Assembly (NCBI GenBank): GCA_038851325.1
Contig: JAWCKZ010000003.1
Span: 35,076-99,075 of the forward strand
Source: Candidatus Bilamarchaeaceae archaeon
GTDB taxonomy: Archaea > Micrarchaeota > Micrarchaeia > Anstonellales > Bilamarchaeaceae
Length of the DNA: 64,000 nucleotides
Direction of reading: 5' to 3'
The position numbers and the translations under genes are program-made. Positions 1 through 10,397 of the stretch are shown here, in pieces; positions within the stretch are counted from its first letter, which is position 1; each line of letters starts with the position of its first letter. Under the pieces are notes generated by a model. That model was not told the origin of the DNA. It did no database searches and saw only the letters and a list, made by a program, of their open reading frames with translations.

Positions 1-560
1 TCCATCAATTTCACACCAGTTGGCTTTAGGACAATCAGTGCCGAATCAACCTTCGGCTTTGGGATAAAAAGATGCGCCGGCACGCGTAGCACAATTTCAA
101 CGTCAAAAAATATCTGCGACGTCACGCTCAGGCGCCCGTAATTGCTGCTGCCCGGCTTTGCAACCATCTTTTCAGCAAACTCCTTTTGCACCATCAACAC
201 TGCGCGCTCTATTTTTTCATCCTTGAGTCTGAAGATGATATCTGATGAAATGTAATATGGTATGTTTCCGATTACCACAGTTACGTCGTTCGGCACTTGC
301 ATCCCCAGAAAGTCAGTTTCAATTATGACCGCCCGCCGGTCGCTCCTGAATTTTTCCCTTAGGATTTCTGCGAACTGCCGGTCTTTCTCGACAGCATAAA
401 CCTTCGCTGCTCCGGCTTCAAGCAGCTGCTCTGTTAGCCTTCCATCTCCTGCACCTATCTCAAGAACAACCCTGCCCCTGACGCCTGCAATTTCTGCCTC
501 TTTTTTCAGGATGTTTTTATCGCTTAGTAGGTGCTGGCCTAGTCTTTTTTTCAACCTCAT
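1..560 (-). CDS. rsmA: 16S rRNA adenine dimethyltransferase KsgA/Dim1 (partial, runs off window)
   Basis: Manual translation from ATG at 560: MRLKKRLGQHLL..., VLEIGAGDGRLT (SAM motif), AVEKD, GNIPYYISS; ATGA overlap with the upstream gene's stop. Confidence 0.93.
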   Translation of the reverse strand, partial: MRLKKRLGQHLLSDKNILKKEAEIAGVRGRVVLEIGAGDGRLTEQLLEAGAAKVYAVEKDRQFAEILREKFRSDRRAVIIETDFLGMQVPNDVTVVIGNIPYYISSDIIFRLKDEKIERAVLMVQKEFAEKMVAKPGSSNYGRLSVTSQIFFDVEIVLRVPAHLFIPKPKVDSALIVLKPTGVKLM

Positions 561-1465
561 TTCCCCCTTACCTTTCTCCAGTATGTATATTTCATGGGGA
601 GGGTTACTGTCGTCGCGATGGCTACGATGACGGTAAGAGCAGCAAGCACGATTAGGACTGCGACACCAATAATCGCCCACTCTGCTACCGAAAGCGCACC
701 GGTACTTATGCCCGGGAGCATCAGGACAAAGACCGGCGCTGCAAACATCAGGAGTATGATCAATGGCACGGCGAGAACCATCAAAATGAAACCTTCAAGC
801 AAGCCGACAAAAATATCAAACACTATGGTCGGCACGAAATTCTTCAGCGCGATGTCTATGGATTTTTTCAGGCTTTCAAGCACGCCCATCCGCGTAATTA
901 TAAGCTCAAAGAGCACGAATTGGAAAAGAAATCCTATGATTAGCTTTATTGTTAAGTCGATTAGGTAACGGAGCAGTGCGTTCAGCAGGTCTATCATACC
1001 AGATGCGGTGGACCAGTCCATAATGGTATAAAGCACCATCCCCATGCCGAGTCCGATTACAAACACAATTACCAATTCGATTATAATAACAATGATGCCT
1101 ATCGCAGTCATCGCAAGCGAGTAGAATAAAACCGGCTTCAGGTTTTTGTTGAAAGTTTCATTTATGCCAATCGGTGCAGGCCATTTGTTTACGACGTTAT
1201 ATACAATAGACTGCACAGTAGTCGCTGCAACCGATACTAAGAAGGTGAGGGGAATCGCGGCGAGCAGCGCCACCAAAACTCCTAGCGGGCCAAGCAGCTC
1301 GTAGATGCCCAACCCAAGAAGCGCAGTAATGAGAATACCTGCTATTAACACCACGGCGGCGAGCAGGTGAATCGTCAATATCTTCTTGAATAATCCTATG
1401 AAATTCTTCTCTGCGAACTGCCATCCTTCCTTTATACTATCGAATACAACATCAATACCTGTCAT
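557..1465 (-). CDS. Polytopic membrane protein of unknown function
   Basis: 302 aa with about 7 long hydrophobic segments; internal 'ESLKKS' motif common in DUF975-like membrane proteins. Confidence 0.8.
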   Translation of the reverse strand: MTGIDVVFDSIKEGWQFAEKNFIGLFKKILTIHLLAAVVLIAGILITALLGLGIYELLGPLGVLVALLAAIPLTFLVSVAATTVQSIVYNVVNKWPAPIGINETFNKNLKPVLFYSLAMTAIGIIVIIIELVIVFVIGLGMGMVLYTIMDWSTASGMIDLLNALLRYLIDLTIKLIIGFLFQFVLFELIITRMGVLESLKKSIDIALKNFVPTIVFDIFVGLLEGFILMVLAVPLIILLMFAAPVFVLMLPGISTGALSVAEWAIIGVAVLIVLAALTVIVAIATTVTLPMKYTYWRKVRGK

Positions 1466-1593
1466 GTGTTTTTTTAGTTTCGCATCTTTTAAATTCCTTT
1501 GGCCGCTCGCATTGTTGCGTTATGGCATTGCAGATCAGAATGGCCAAATTCTTTAAATATCTTACGTGACAAATTCTTTTTCAAAGTGATAAA

Positions 1594-1899
1594 ATGGCAA
1601 AGATGAGGATTAAGCTGAGCGGCGAGGACCCGACCGCGCTTGAGGGCGTTGTCTCTCAGATAAGGGAGCTTGCAAAGACCCTCGGCCTGAACTTCATAGG
1701 ACCTGTGCGACTTCCTAGAAGGCGGTTTACCGTCACAGTCAGACGAACTCCATGCGGCGATGGGAGCGATACATACGAGCATTGGGAGAAGCGCTTCCAC
1801 AAGCGCCTTATAGAAGTGGAAGGTAGCGATAAATACATGAAGCAACTATTAAAGGTAAAGGTTCCTACGAATGTTTTTGTTAAAATCTCATTGAGTTAA
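1594..1899 (+). CDS. rpsJ: 30S ribosomal protein uS10
   Basis: GPVRLP, RRTPCGDGSDTYEHWE and HKRLI are archaeal S10 motifs. Confidence 0.96.
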   Translation: MAKMRIKLSGEDPTALEGVVSQIRELAKTLGLNFIGPVRLPRRRFTVTVRRTPCGDGSDTYEHWEKRFHKRLIEVEGSDKYMKQLLKVKVPTNVFVKISLS

Positions 1900-1909
1900 T
1901 GGTACCCAA

Positions 1910-2389
1910 ATGGTTCGACTGCTTTTTGACGAGATGGTCAAAAAAACCGCCAAATGGGCGAGACTTTTCGGAGTAGACAGCGAATGTGCAAAAGGAAACG
2001 ATACCGAAATACTCAGGCACGCTAGGACGAACAAGCGGATTCTTGTGACTCGAGACAACAACCTTGCTGCACGCGCGCCCAAATACAAGGTAAAGGCCGT
2101 TTTGTTAACCTCCTTGGCCATACCAGAGCAGCTTTTCTCTATAGAGAAGGCGCTTCGTAAACAAGTTTTTAGGTTTCCTGAAGCTACGCGTTGTCCGGCT
2201 TGCAATGGTATTCTTACAATTGTGAGTAGAAAGGAGGTCGTTGGCAAGGTGCCTGATGGTGTGTACTCAAAACAAGAACGATTTTGGGTATGTAAAAAAT
2301 GCGGGAAGATTTACTGGGAGGGAGGCCACTGGAAAAACATAACAAGGGTCTACAATGAGTTGAAAAGAAAAAGAGAGTTAGCTACTTGA
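1910..2389 (+). CDS. Mut7-C RNase domain protein (PIN-like plus Zn ribbon)
   Basis: DEM..K.AKWARLFGVD, RILVTRD, RCPACNG...CKKCGKIYWEGGH. Confidence 0.9.
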   Translation: MVRLLFDEMVKKTAKWARLFGVDSECAKGNDTEILRHARTNKRILVTRDNNLAARAPKYKVKAVLLTSLAIPEQLFSIEKALRKQVFRFPEATRCPACNGILTIVSRKEVVGKVPDGVYSKQERFWVCKKCGKIYWEGGHWKNITRVYNELKRKRELAT

Positions 2390-2630
2390 GTAGGCCACTC
2401 GCTGTCTCCATTATAAGAGAAGATGCTCCGGCTATAGCAGCAACGATAACGCCACCTACCATCATGCTGACGCCTATGCTTTGCCATTTTCCTCTTGAGT
2501 CAGCCGGTTGTGTAAAGGATAAACCGTACAGTATCCCACCCAATACAAGAAGTATGAGTCCTATAACGGGCGCTATTGTAAGTAAAAATGCTGCTATGTT
2601 GGATGCAACAACTTCGAGTCCAATCGCCAT
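2382..2630 (-). CDS. Small TrbC/VirB2-like pilin-type membrane protein
   Basis: 82 aa, two hydrophobic helices separated by a short polar loop (QPADSRGKW); GGAG RBS upstream. Confidence 0.6.
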   Translation of the reverse strand: MAIGLEVVASNIAAFLLTIAPVIGLILLVLGGILYGLSFTQPADSRGKWQSIGVSMMVGGVIVAAIAGASSLIMETASGLLK

Positions 2631-2654
2631 ATTATCATTCTCCTTCGCGTCTAT

Positions 2655-5600
2655 TTAAAAACCTTTTTGCTCTGCCTTTGGCAGCGGTCTAAACTCCTTT
2701 TTCTTCTTAGTCAAGAAAGGCAGGGTTATCTCGCCTGTCCCTTCATCGAATCCACTACCCTTTCTTTTCATGTAATAAACGCCTACGGCAGCTCCTACTG
2801 CTGCGAGCGCTATTATCGCAAGCAATGGATTTATGCTCTCAGGCTTGAAGGAGGCGAGTTGCGATATCAGAGCTTTCCCTTTTTTCATTGCTTGTATGTA
2901 CTTTCCGTCAGTGATGTACTTTAGCATCGCACTGAGTTCGTTTTCCAATGTTGTTCTCGCATCGCCGGGCATACTATTCTTTTTTTCTTCGTAGGCTCCC
3001 CTCACAATAAGGAACTGATTCTCTGCCTCTTCCTTCAACTCTCCCAAAGCCTCCCTTATTTTATTTCCTTTTCCTTTGAGTTGCTCAAGCTTCATTTTTG
3101 CCATCTTTAGATTTTTATCATCGAAATATCTTTGTACATCCTCAATTAGCCTTTCGGTTTTAGCCAGGTCAAGTTCAAAGAGCGATTCCCACTCTGTTCC
3201 TTTTGCTTCATTCATCTGCTCCTTGTAGCTTTCTGCAAGTTTTTCGATCCCTTCTTTTACGCTTAGAAACTCTGAAGTAGCCGTCTCAAGTTCTGCTGCC
3301 ATTTCTCTCTCCTTCTGGTCTACGAACGCTTCTGCTGCACCCAACGCTTCTGAGAGTTCAATGGCTGTTTTCGGGTCATTGTTGAACTCGAGTGCGCTCA
3401 ATTTATTTTCAACATCAATAAACTCCTGAGGAGTTGTGGTTGTCCCTATGTTCGCGAGCCTTGTTTTCAGTGCGTTATATTCCTTCCATGCATTCGTTAC
3501 GTACTCTCCCACTATCTCATTCGTTCCTTTGCTCTCAGCGGTTTTTAAAACACCCAATTCGTCAATTATACTGTCCGCGCTCTCTGCAGCCCTAAGACTG
3601 TTTTGGAGAGCAGCTCTTCTTTGCTGCAGTGCAAATACAAGGGTATTGTTTCTTTTGACAGTTGCAAGTATCGCATCAAGCTCTCCGGCTTCGGCTTGCA
3701 TTTTTGCCTTGAGTTCTACGAGTTCGTTATAAGCTGTCTCCTGCTCACGATTCCACTCAGAAATTTCAGCATCAAACCTTTCTTTAAGCCTTATTGCCGT
3801 GGCAGTGTCGTTTGCTGCTATTGCGGCATTTATCTGAGAAGGTAGAGCGCGCAGTTCATCTGGCAATGCCCCGCATTTTTTCCCGCTGCCGAGACAGTTA
3901 TCAGTAGACGGCAGCGACGGAGCTATTGTTTGGATGGCCTCTGGCGCATTTACAACTACAAAGTCTATGAGCACAATAGCCTCTTCATCAGCCTTTAAGT
4001 TTGCAAGCTCCAGCATGCACGGCGGAGATGCGCACTGGTTGTTCTTTATAGTCGCGCTCCTTGCTGAAACCGAAAGGCCTGTTATTTCAGGATAATCTAT
4101 CTGCACCGTAAGCGGTAAGGAATCAATATTGACTTTTGGGGTTATCTTGATTTTCTTTTCAACTTGGACATTTGTTCCAAGCTTTGTCGTCTCAACCTCC
4201 TCCCTTTTCTTATAACCGTCTTTTATCGTGTACTCCATTCTGACGGTATGTCTGCCTTTCTCAAGGGCAAGCGGTGCTCTACCATCAACGGTCGCGGAAG
4301 AACCAGGCGGGAGGGCAAGCCTTCCAGGAGCATAGAGCTCAATTATCCTTTCTTCAGTTACGATCACGCTTCCATCCTCCCTTCCAACTCCATTCTTTTG
4401 ATCACTAACGGTTTTTGCAAGAACAGCATTTTTCTCTATGGTAAGAGAAAAGGTCCTGAGAGGTTTTATCTCTTTTATCGTGAATATAGTCGTTCCGTTT
4501 TCCGTCCTGACAGCGTTGACGTTATCTCGTCCGTTTTTTATATCAGACAGTAACAGTTGTACGTCTATTCCTATGTCAATAGGGACGTCAATATCAGTGC
4601 CGCTTTTCTGACCAGTGTTTGTTATTATGAGGATGATGTCTACATGAGAGGGTGCGTCAATTTTTATGTCTTCGCTAACCCGGCTGCTCTTTGTTATTAA
4701 CAGATTTGAGAGGAGAATTCTGTGTGCGCACACAGAAACCTCCTCAGCTATTCTTTCGTATTCTGCGCGTATCGCTTTGAGTCGCCCTATTGCGTTTATG
4801 TAGTCTATTCCGCTGTTTGTTATAAGGCCCCTATCTGCGTTGTTTAGGTCTCCAGCAAGATCAGCACCACAGTTTCCTGATTCTGTTATATTCGTAAGAA
4901 GTTCCTTTCTAATATCGATTAGGTCCCCATACTTTAAATTCGCCTTTCTGATTATCGATTCTATGGCTCTTCTTAAGGTTGTTTTATCGTATTCCTCGTT
5001 TGTTTTCATATTGTTTAATATAGCCTTTTCACTCTCAACATTAATCTCATCGATTTCAGCCCTGTTGATGAGATCTTCGAGTTGCTCTGCAAGCGGAAGT
5101 GTCTCATTCTCGAGAACGTTTCCATAGCTAAGTGCTGTACGTGCATACTCGGCAGCAGCAATATACCTGCTGTATTTTTCACCAAGTGCAGTAGCAGAAT
5201 TTCCAGAGTTTAATTCCTGTAGCGCTCTTTGATAATAGTTTCCAACCTTTTGGTTTTGCGTTCTTTGGTAGAGCGCAGCTGCTTGTTGTACGAGCGCCTC
5301 AGCCTCTTGTCTTCTTTCCTGCACTATCCGCCCTGCGTCAGAAATGATAGCGTTTCCCTCGCTCTCCATTCCAGAATAAATGCCTATTGCTTCTTTAACC
5401 CTGTTTGTTGCATTCTTTATGTACCCTTGGTTTCTGGCATTGTAAGTTGTGGCTGCATTTGCAAGGAGCGAATCTGCCTCGCTCTTCTTTGCGCTGAAGT
5501 CAGAATATCTTTGTGCAATTGTCCCTATTGCTGTTTCATTTAGGCCGCGCGACCCCAAGGCCTCTGTTATCCTGTTCAATTGGTGGTTATCAAGTTCTGT

Positions 5601-6851
5601 TTTCTTTGCGCCAACGCGCGCAGAGTAGTTCTCGGCTTGGCTTTTATAATTTGAGTATATGGCATTCGCGCGCGCGAACGTCGTATTTCCTTCTGATGTC
5701 AATCCGACCACGAGTGGATTAAAGCCACGGCGGTCCTCCCACAAAAGCTTCATTATTTCGGGATATTTTGTGAGAGTTGGCGGGAAGCAAAAAACCTCAA
5801 GTTGCAGTTCGTCCTTTTTCCTTTTTGCGATCGCAAGTTGGCCGTATGTCGACTCCTCAGCGCCGCTATCTATTATAGTGATTGCAGAGCGTATATCTTC
5901 ACACTTTGCCCCTGGACTTTCCAAGTAATCTCTGTCACATACACCAGAGAAGTTTAGTGTTCTGTACATGTTCTTTAACGCTGCCACATTTGTATCCGCA
6001 GAAGAAAAACTTTCAGCAAGTGCACTGAGCGCATTCCCAGCAGCATTCTTCCAGTTTGTTGGATAGTTTTCACATGCGCTATCATTTGGATGTGCTGGTC
6101 TTCTAACATGACAGGGCGAACCGGGTACACTTTTACCGTTTGGGGGGTAAAACGTAAGTATATCTTCATAGCCCATAAGGAGACAAATCCCTTCCGTGAA
6201 AGGCGCGGCAGTGGTGGCAAGTTCCTGATGCGGGCCGCGGGTATCAGAGTTTCTGCATCCCTGATATTGCGCTTGGGCGGTTTTATAACTTATATATGCG
6301 CTCCTTAGCTTCACGCGCACAGATGCTCTATCACCGCTAAAATCAAGAGTGATATTGGAAAGTCTTCCGGGTGTTGAGGCATTACTCATGTTAATCTCTA
6401 TGTTTCTAATTATGTTCTCAAGCTCCATTCCATCTAGAGCAGAGCTATAACGTTCTATATCCCACGCGCCGCTGCGATACCCCACCCCACTTGCGGTTAT
6501 GGTTCTTAGTGTATATCTACATTCTGGGCATGAGTAGGAATCTCCATCGTCATCAGTGCAGCTTTTGTGGTATACGTAGGGCTCATTGTAACAAATAACC
6601 CTGTTCGGTGGCGCGATGTCTATATTGTAATTGGCAGGAGGTACAATAAAACTGCCTCTTGGCACAGGATAAGTTGTTGTTGGGCTGAAGGATTGATTTG
6701 AAGTACTGTTTACACAAACGCGCGTAGTGTAATATCCAGCAAGCCATTGCGCGTCCTCCCAGGGTGTGGCGATATTGTATGTAGATACATTAATAGCGCT
6801 AAAAAATTGTGTAAATAACATTAATATGGCGAGAATTGTATTGTTTTTCAT
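2655..6851 (-). CDS. Large (1398 aa) secreted, C-terminally membrane-anchored surface protein
   Basis: N-terminal signal-like peptide, Cys-rich N-domain, helical/coiled-coil blocks around a beta-rich block, C-terminal TM (PLLAIIALAAVGAAVGVYY) followed by a basic tail. Confidence 0.8.
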   Translation of the reverse strand: MKNNTILAILMLFTQFFSAINVSTYNIATPWEDAQWLAGYYTTRVCVNSTSNQSFSPTTTYPVPRGSFIVPPANYNIDIAPPNRVICYNEPYVYHKSCTDDDGDSYSCPECRYTLRTITASGVGYRSGAWDIERYSSALDGMELENIIRNIEINMSNASTPGRLSNITLDFSGDRASVRVKLRSAYISYKTAQAQYQGCRNSDTRGPHQELATTAAPFTEGICLLMGYEDILTFYPPNGKSVPGSPCHVRRPAHPNDSACENYPTNWKNAAGNALSALAESFSSADTNVAALKNMYRTLNFSGVCDRDYLESPGAKCEDIRSAITIIDSGAEESTYGQLAIAKRKKDELQLEVFCFPPTLTKYPEIMKLLWEDRRGFNPLVVGLTSEGNTTFARANAIYSNYKSQAENYSARVGAKKTELDNHQLNRITEALGSRGLNETAIGTIAQRYSDFSAKKSEADSLLANAATTYNARNQGYIKNATNRVKEAIGIYSGMESEGNAIISDAGRIVQERRQEAEALVQQAAALYQRTQNQKVGNYYQRALQELNSGNSATALGEKYSRYIAAAEYARTALSYGNVLENETLPLAEQLEDLINRAEIDEINVESEKAILNNMKTNEEYDKTTLRRAIESIIRKANLKYGDLIDIRKELLTNITESGNCGADLAGDLNNADRGLITNSGIDYINAIGRLKAIRAEYERIAEEVSVCAHRILLSNLLITKSSRVSEDIKIDAPSHVDIILIITNTGQKSGTDIDVPIDIGIDVQLLLSDIKNGRDNVNAVRTENGTTIFTIKEIKPLRTFSLTIEKNAVLAKTVSDQKNGVGREDGSVIVTEERIIELYAPGRLALPPGSSATVDGRAPLALEKGRHTVRMEYTIKDGYKKREEVETTKLGTNVQVEKKIKITPKVNIDSLPLTVQIDYPEITGLSVSARSATIKNNQCASPPCMLELANLKADEEAIVLIDFVVVNAPEAIQTIAPSLPSTDNCLGSGKKCGALPDELRALPSQINAAIAANDTATAIRLKERFDAEISEWNREQETAYNELVELKAKMQAEAGELDAILATVKRNNTLVFALQQRRAALQNSLRAAESADSIIDELGVLKTAESKGTNEIVGEYVTNAWKEYNALKTRLANIGTTTTPQEFIDVENKLSALEFNNDPKTAIELSEALGAAEAFVDQKEREMAAELETATSEFLSVKEGIEKLAESYKEQMNEAKGTEWESLFELDLAKTERLIEDVQRYFDDKNLKMAKMKLEQLKGKGNKIREALGELKEEAENQFLIVRGAYEEKKNSMPGDARTTLENELSAMLKYITDGKYIQAMKKGKALISQLASFKPESINPLLAIIALAAVGAAVGVYYMKRKGSGFDEGTGEITLPFLTKKKKEFRPLPKAEQKGF

Positions 6852-6940
6852 ATCAACCCCGCATATTTTTAGATGGAAACAATTTAAAAACCTTAATATA
6901 GTTATATGGTATGCAATTTTCTGTTAAATAATCGTACAAA

Positions 6941-9900
6941 TTATATAAAATCGCTCAGCCCGAGCTGTCTTTCTTTTTCGTCCTCAAATATGTTATTTAT
7001 CTCGTTTTCAACAAGAATCAGCCTCTGCTTCAGATAATCCGGCAGTTGATATCTGTTTAGTATCTCCTTTGTTATCTGAAGATATTTCTGGATTCCGCCT
7101 TTATTTATTGTGAGTAGTAGATTTCCACCACATTTTATGCACTTCCCAAAAAGAGGAACTCGGCGGTACTTAAAGTTACAGTTCACGCATCTGAAAGCCT
7201 GTCTGGAGAAGGAGCGCAGATTTCCATACAAATCAGGTATGAAATGACTGAGAATGAGGCGCTCTGCAGCGTCTCTTTTGTCAACTGCCCTTATCTTATC
7301 GTGCAGAAGAAACTCAAGCCTAACTTTTTCAGGAACGCTTTCGAGTCTTACATATGTTGTCCTTATGTTTCCGCCGCTAAAAAGCGTACCTGGAATGGTT
7401 ATTGGTACGTAAAACTGCGCGGCTGTACCGAGCATATCCTTTACTGTTTTTATCTTCACATCAGATGGCCAGGCGCACCTTTCGCAGGCTCTGTAAAATT
7501 CAAGGTTGTATGTTGTCACCACCTCCATACAGTGTGCTTCGTCATCGATTTCTTTTGGGTCAATTGTACTCGTAAGAACAAGAGGAGCATCCATGGTCCC
7601 GCCTCTTTTCTCGTCAAGATATCTTCTAGAGAAGTTTATGAGCGCATCTAGGAGAAGCATAACACTGTCCTCATCCCCATCACAATTTCGTCTGCGTGCT
7701 GCTATGAGGAAGGGATGCCCATAGCCAACATTCGCTTCAGTGTATCCTATTATTCTGCACAACACGCCTGCGCTTGTGTGCGGGGAAAGGCTGACGCAAA
7801 GATGCCCTATCAAGTCAGTTGGCTTTTCTGCCTTGTAATACGGCTGGATGCCATAGAGTGTGGTTAACATCTCGTCTATGAACCTTGAGACCTTGAATAG
7901 ATACTCCAACCCATTTTTGGACAGCACAATGTCCTGGGGATAAAGAGCCAAGAGTTGCTCAGCATTTTTTAGTTCGTTGCCAAGGTAATCTGTTGTGTAA
8001 CCGAGTTGCTTGGCTTTTTCAACCGTAAGCCCTATCTCCTTCGGAACGAAATGCGTTAACACGACATCTGTCGCATCAAATCTACTCGTCCCGTCTCGAA
8101 AAACATAAACCCCGTTTTTTGCTCTTAAGAACCCTTTCTCAAGTCTTTCCGGGATCCTTGTGGCATTTGAGAGCCCTTTGACACCCTTTAGCTCTTCTGG
8201 AACAAACCCGAGCACTCTTTTCGTTGCTTCAAAAAGAGAAACTATATCAACAGGTCTTCTATCATAGCTAAGCGTTTTCTCACCACAGTGCATCTCAAGT
8301 TCAGTCGGCCTTCCACACTTTCTGCATACAAATTCTGGTCGAGTCTCATTGCCACAAAGGTCACACTTTCTATAGAATGTTATTCTTCCGCATTGCGCGC
8401 ACTTAAACCGTGCAAGTTCAAGATTCAATGTTCCCCTAGCGCCTTTTACATTCTTAATCTCTTTCAAGAGACTTCTGTTTTTTACAGAACCTGTCGGGAA
8501 AAGAACGCAAGGGCTTCCATCCATAATTCTTTCTTTAGCCTTTTCTGGCCTTCCCATCCTAGCGCCGATGTAAGTCGGTGCCCATGGTTTTATTACGATT
8601 CCGGAAAGCTTGTTTACAGCGTCCAGCGCATTACTGGCATTCGGCATTTCCTTAGTCGGGCATGTCGAGTTGTATAGTATTGTAGCATAATTTGTGTCTA
8701 TAATTATCTTTCCATTATGCACCTTATGTTCTACTAGTAACTTTTCAAGAATGCACTTCTCCTCGGTGAGCGGAAGCACGAGCGATTTTCCTTCCTCATT
8801 GTAATTGCTGAGTAGTTTTCTAAGCCGTCCAAGTTCCTCAAGACTTATATCGTGCCATGGCAAGGTGTAGTCTGGATGGAGCGGTACATTATTGATACGT
8901 GAAAATGCAAAGGCTTCTGCGGCATCCTTTGGCTTCTTTGGTTTTACTCCTTTTTCTTGTGCTTCTAGTTCCCATATTTCGCTTACATAAGCAGGCGGCA
9001 TGAGCGGATGATTCGATTTTAAAAAATCACCATAGGTTACCAGTATGTCTCCAAGAAAAAGGATCTCACTTACCTGCCCTCTCACCTTTTCTGCTTCCTC
9101 TATGCTGCGTACCTTTTGGACACTGCCATCAATCAACTTTACAACTGGTGGTTCAAGACAAGCATGTGGAATAACGACACATCCCTTGCCAGGACGTTCT
9201 ATTTTCATATGTGTGCCATATGCGAGAAAATTATCCAAGAGTACCATGGTCGCAGGATGAATGTTCTTTCCCATGAGGCCGTTGGTCTCGCTTCTTCCGT
9301 ACCTAAGCCTGAAACCGCCCTTTGCAGACGGATAGCTAAAAACAGGTCTTCCTGCAACCAAACCATCTAAGTAACCATCATCTGGTTTTATCTCTATCTT
9401 TTCTTCCTTCACCTTAATCCTTATCACGCTTTCAAGCCAATCCCAATTGACTTTTAACTTTTTTGCGTATTTTAGGACCTTGGCTGCCTTCTGCGCTATT
9501 CCTTCGCATATTACGAGCGGTATTCCGCCTCTTATTTTGTCAGTTTCGATTCCAGGTACATTTTTGTAGGAAGACACCTCTATCTCTTCAGTTGGCTCAC
9601 CGTCAACGCATACTGGGCAATTTTTTATTATTATCCTTATGTGTTCCTCCGGCGGAAAATATTGAAGATGCGCAACCCGTGCTTCGTATATTGATATTTC
9701 TTCCACATAGCGTTCTATCTGAGTGTCTGTAGCTCTGTAATCACCAATACCTGCTATTCGTCGTGCAACATCTGCTAACAAAACACTTAGCGCTGCCGCC
9801 GTCCCACCCGCGCTTCTTATAGGTCCTGCGTAATAAACCGCAACATAGTCGCTTCCATCAGGATTTTGCTTTATTCGTACCTTTGCTATCCCCTCTGTGG

Positions 9901-10243
9901 GCGCAACAAGCACACCCTCTGTGAGTATCCCCACACCAGTTCTCACTGCTTGCTCTATTAGATATTCCTTACTGGCTTTTATTATCTCACCATTGGCTAT
10001 TTTTTTTGCTATCTCAAACGCAATGTCCTCCCGCGCCATCCCGCTCTTTTCCATGTTCCTTATTAATTTTGCTATGTTTGGTGGCCCGACAATTCCCTCA
10101 ACGCGCGCAGCAACATCCTTTGCTATTTTTACTTCAACATCATCGATTGGGTCGTAACCTTTTCGGCGCGCCTCTGCCGCAATAGTATAAGCTCGACCAA
10201 GCTCGTCCTTGAGAGTTGAAAAATAGGATTCGATATCAGCCAT
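6941..10243 (-). CDS. polC: DNA polymerase II (PolD) large subunit DP2
   Basis: YAGPIRSAGGT, GGFRLRYGR, RMGRPEKAKER, RRNCDGDED catalytic motif, C-terminal Zn finger; start moved to MADIESYF at 10243; no intein. Confidence 0.98.
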   Translation of the reverse strand: MADIESYFSTLKDELGRAYTIAAEARRKGYDPIDDVEVKIAKDVAARVEGIVGPPNIAKLIRNMEKSGMAREDIAFEIAKKIANGEIIKASKEYLIEQAVRTGVGILTEGVLVAPTEGIAKVRIKQNPDGSDYVAVYYAGPIRSAGGTAAALSVLLADVARRIAGIGDYRATDTQIERYVEEISIYEARVAHLQYFPPEEHIRIIIKNCPVCVDGEPTEEIEVSSYKNVPGIETDKIRGGIPLVICEGIAQKAAKVLKYAKKLKVNWDWLESVIRIKVKEEKIEIKPDDGYLDGLVAGRPVFSYPSAKGGFRLRYGRSETNGLMGKNIHPATMVLLDNFLAYGTHMKIERPGKGCVVIPHACLEPPVVKLIDGSVQKVRSIEEAEKVRGQVSEILFLGDILVTYGDFLKSNHPLMPPAYVSEIWELEAQEKGVKPKKPKDAAEAFAFSRINNVPLHPDYTLPWHDISLEELGRLRKLLSNYNEEGKSLVLPLTEEKCILEKLLVEHKVHNGKIIIDTNYATILYNSTCPTKEMPNASNALDAVNKLSGIVIKPWAPTYIGARMGRPEKAKERIMDGSPCVLFPTGSVKNRSLLKEIKNVKGARGTLNLELARFKCAQCGRITFYRKCDLCGNETRPEFVCRKCGRPTELEMHCGEKTLSYDRRPVDIVSLFEATKRVLGFVPEELKGVKGLSNATRIPERLEKGFLRAKNGVYVFRDGTSRFDATDVVLTHFVPKEIGLTVEKAKQLGYTTDYLGNELKNAEQLLALYPQDIVLSKNGLEYLFKVSRFIDEMLTTLYGIQPYYKAEKPTDLIGHLCVSLSPHTSAGVLCRIIGYTEANVGYGHPFLIAARRRNCDGDEDSVMLLLDALINFSRRYLDEKRGGTMDAPLVLTSTIDPKEIDDEAHCMEVVTTYNLEFYRACERCAWPSDVKIKTVKDMLGTAAQFYVPITIPGTLFSGGNIRTTYVRLESVPEKVRLEFLLHDKIRAVDKRDAAERLILSHFIPDLYGNLRSFSRQAFRCVNCNFKYRRVPLFGKCIKCGGNLLLTINKGGIQKYLQITKEILNRYQLPDYLKQRLILVENEINNIFEDEKERQLGLSDFI

Positions 10244-10397
10244 CGCTATTATATCGCAGGAAAAGAATAAAAACCAAACAATCCCGGTTGGTCGAGAAAA
10301 TAGGGACAGAGAAAAAAGAGAGCTCGCAATCAATCGGCTTAATACGACGCTTTATGAGAGAGCCATCTGATTCTAATCCAGTTTCTGGCGCTGTGCA

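Noticed and set aside
1488..1558. Imperfect inverted repeat TTTAAA..TTTGGCC / GGCCAAA..TTTAAA between divergent genes
   Set aside because: Short, and explainable by back-to-back TATA boxes; not enough evidence for a distinct element
10244..10397. SAM/SAH riboswitch or ncRNA next to ahcY
   Set aside because: The region lies downstream of ahcY, no riboswitch consensus was recognised, and it likely holds a terminator and the polC promoter
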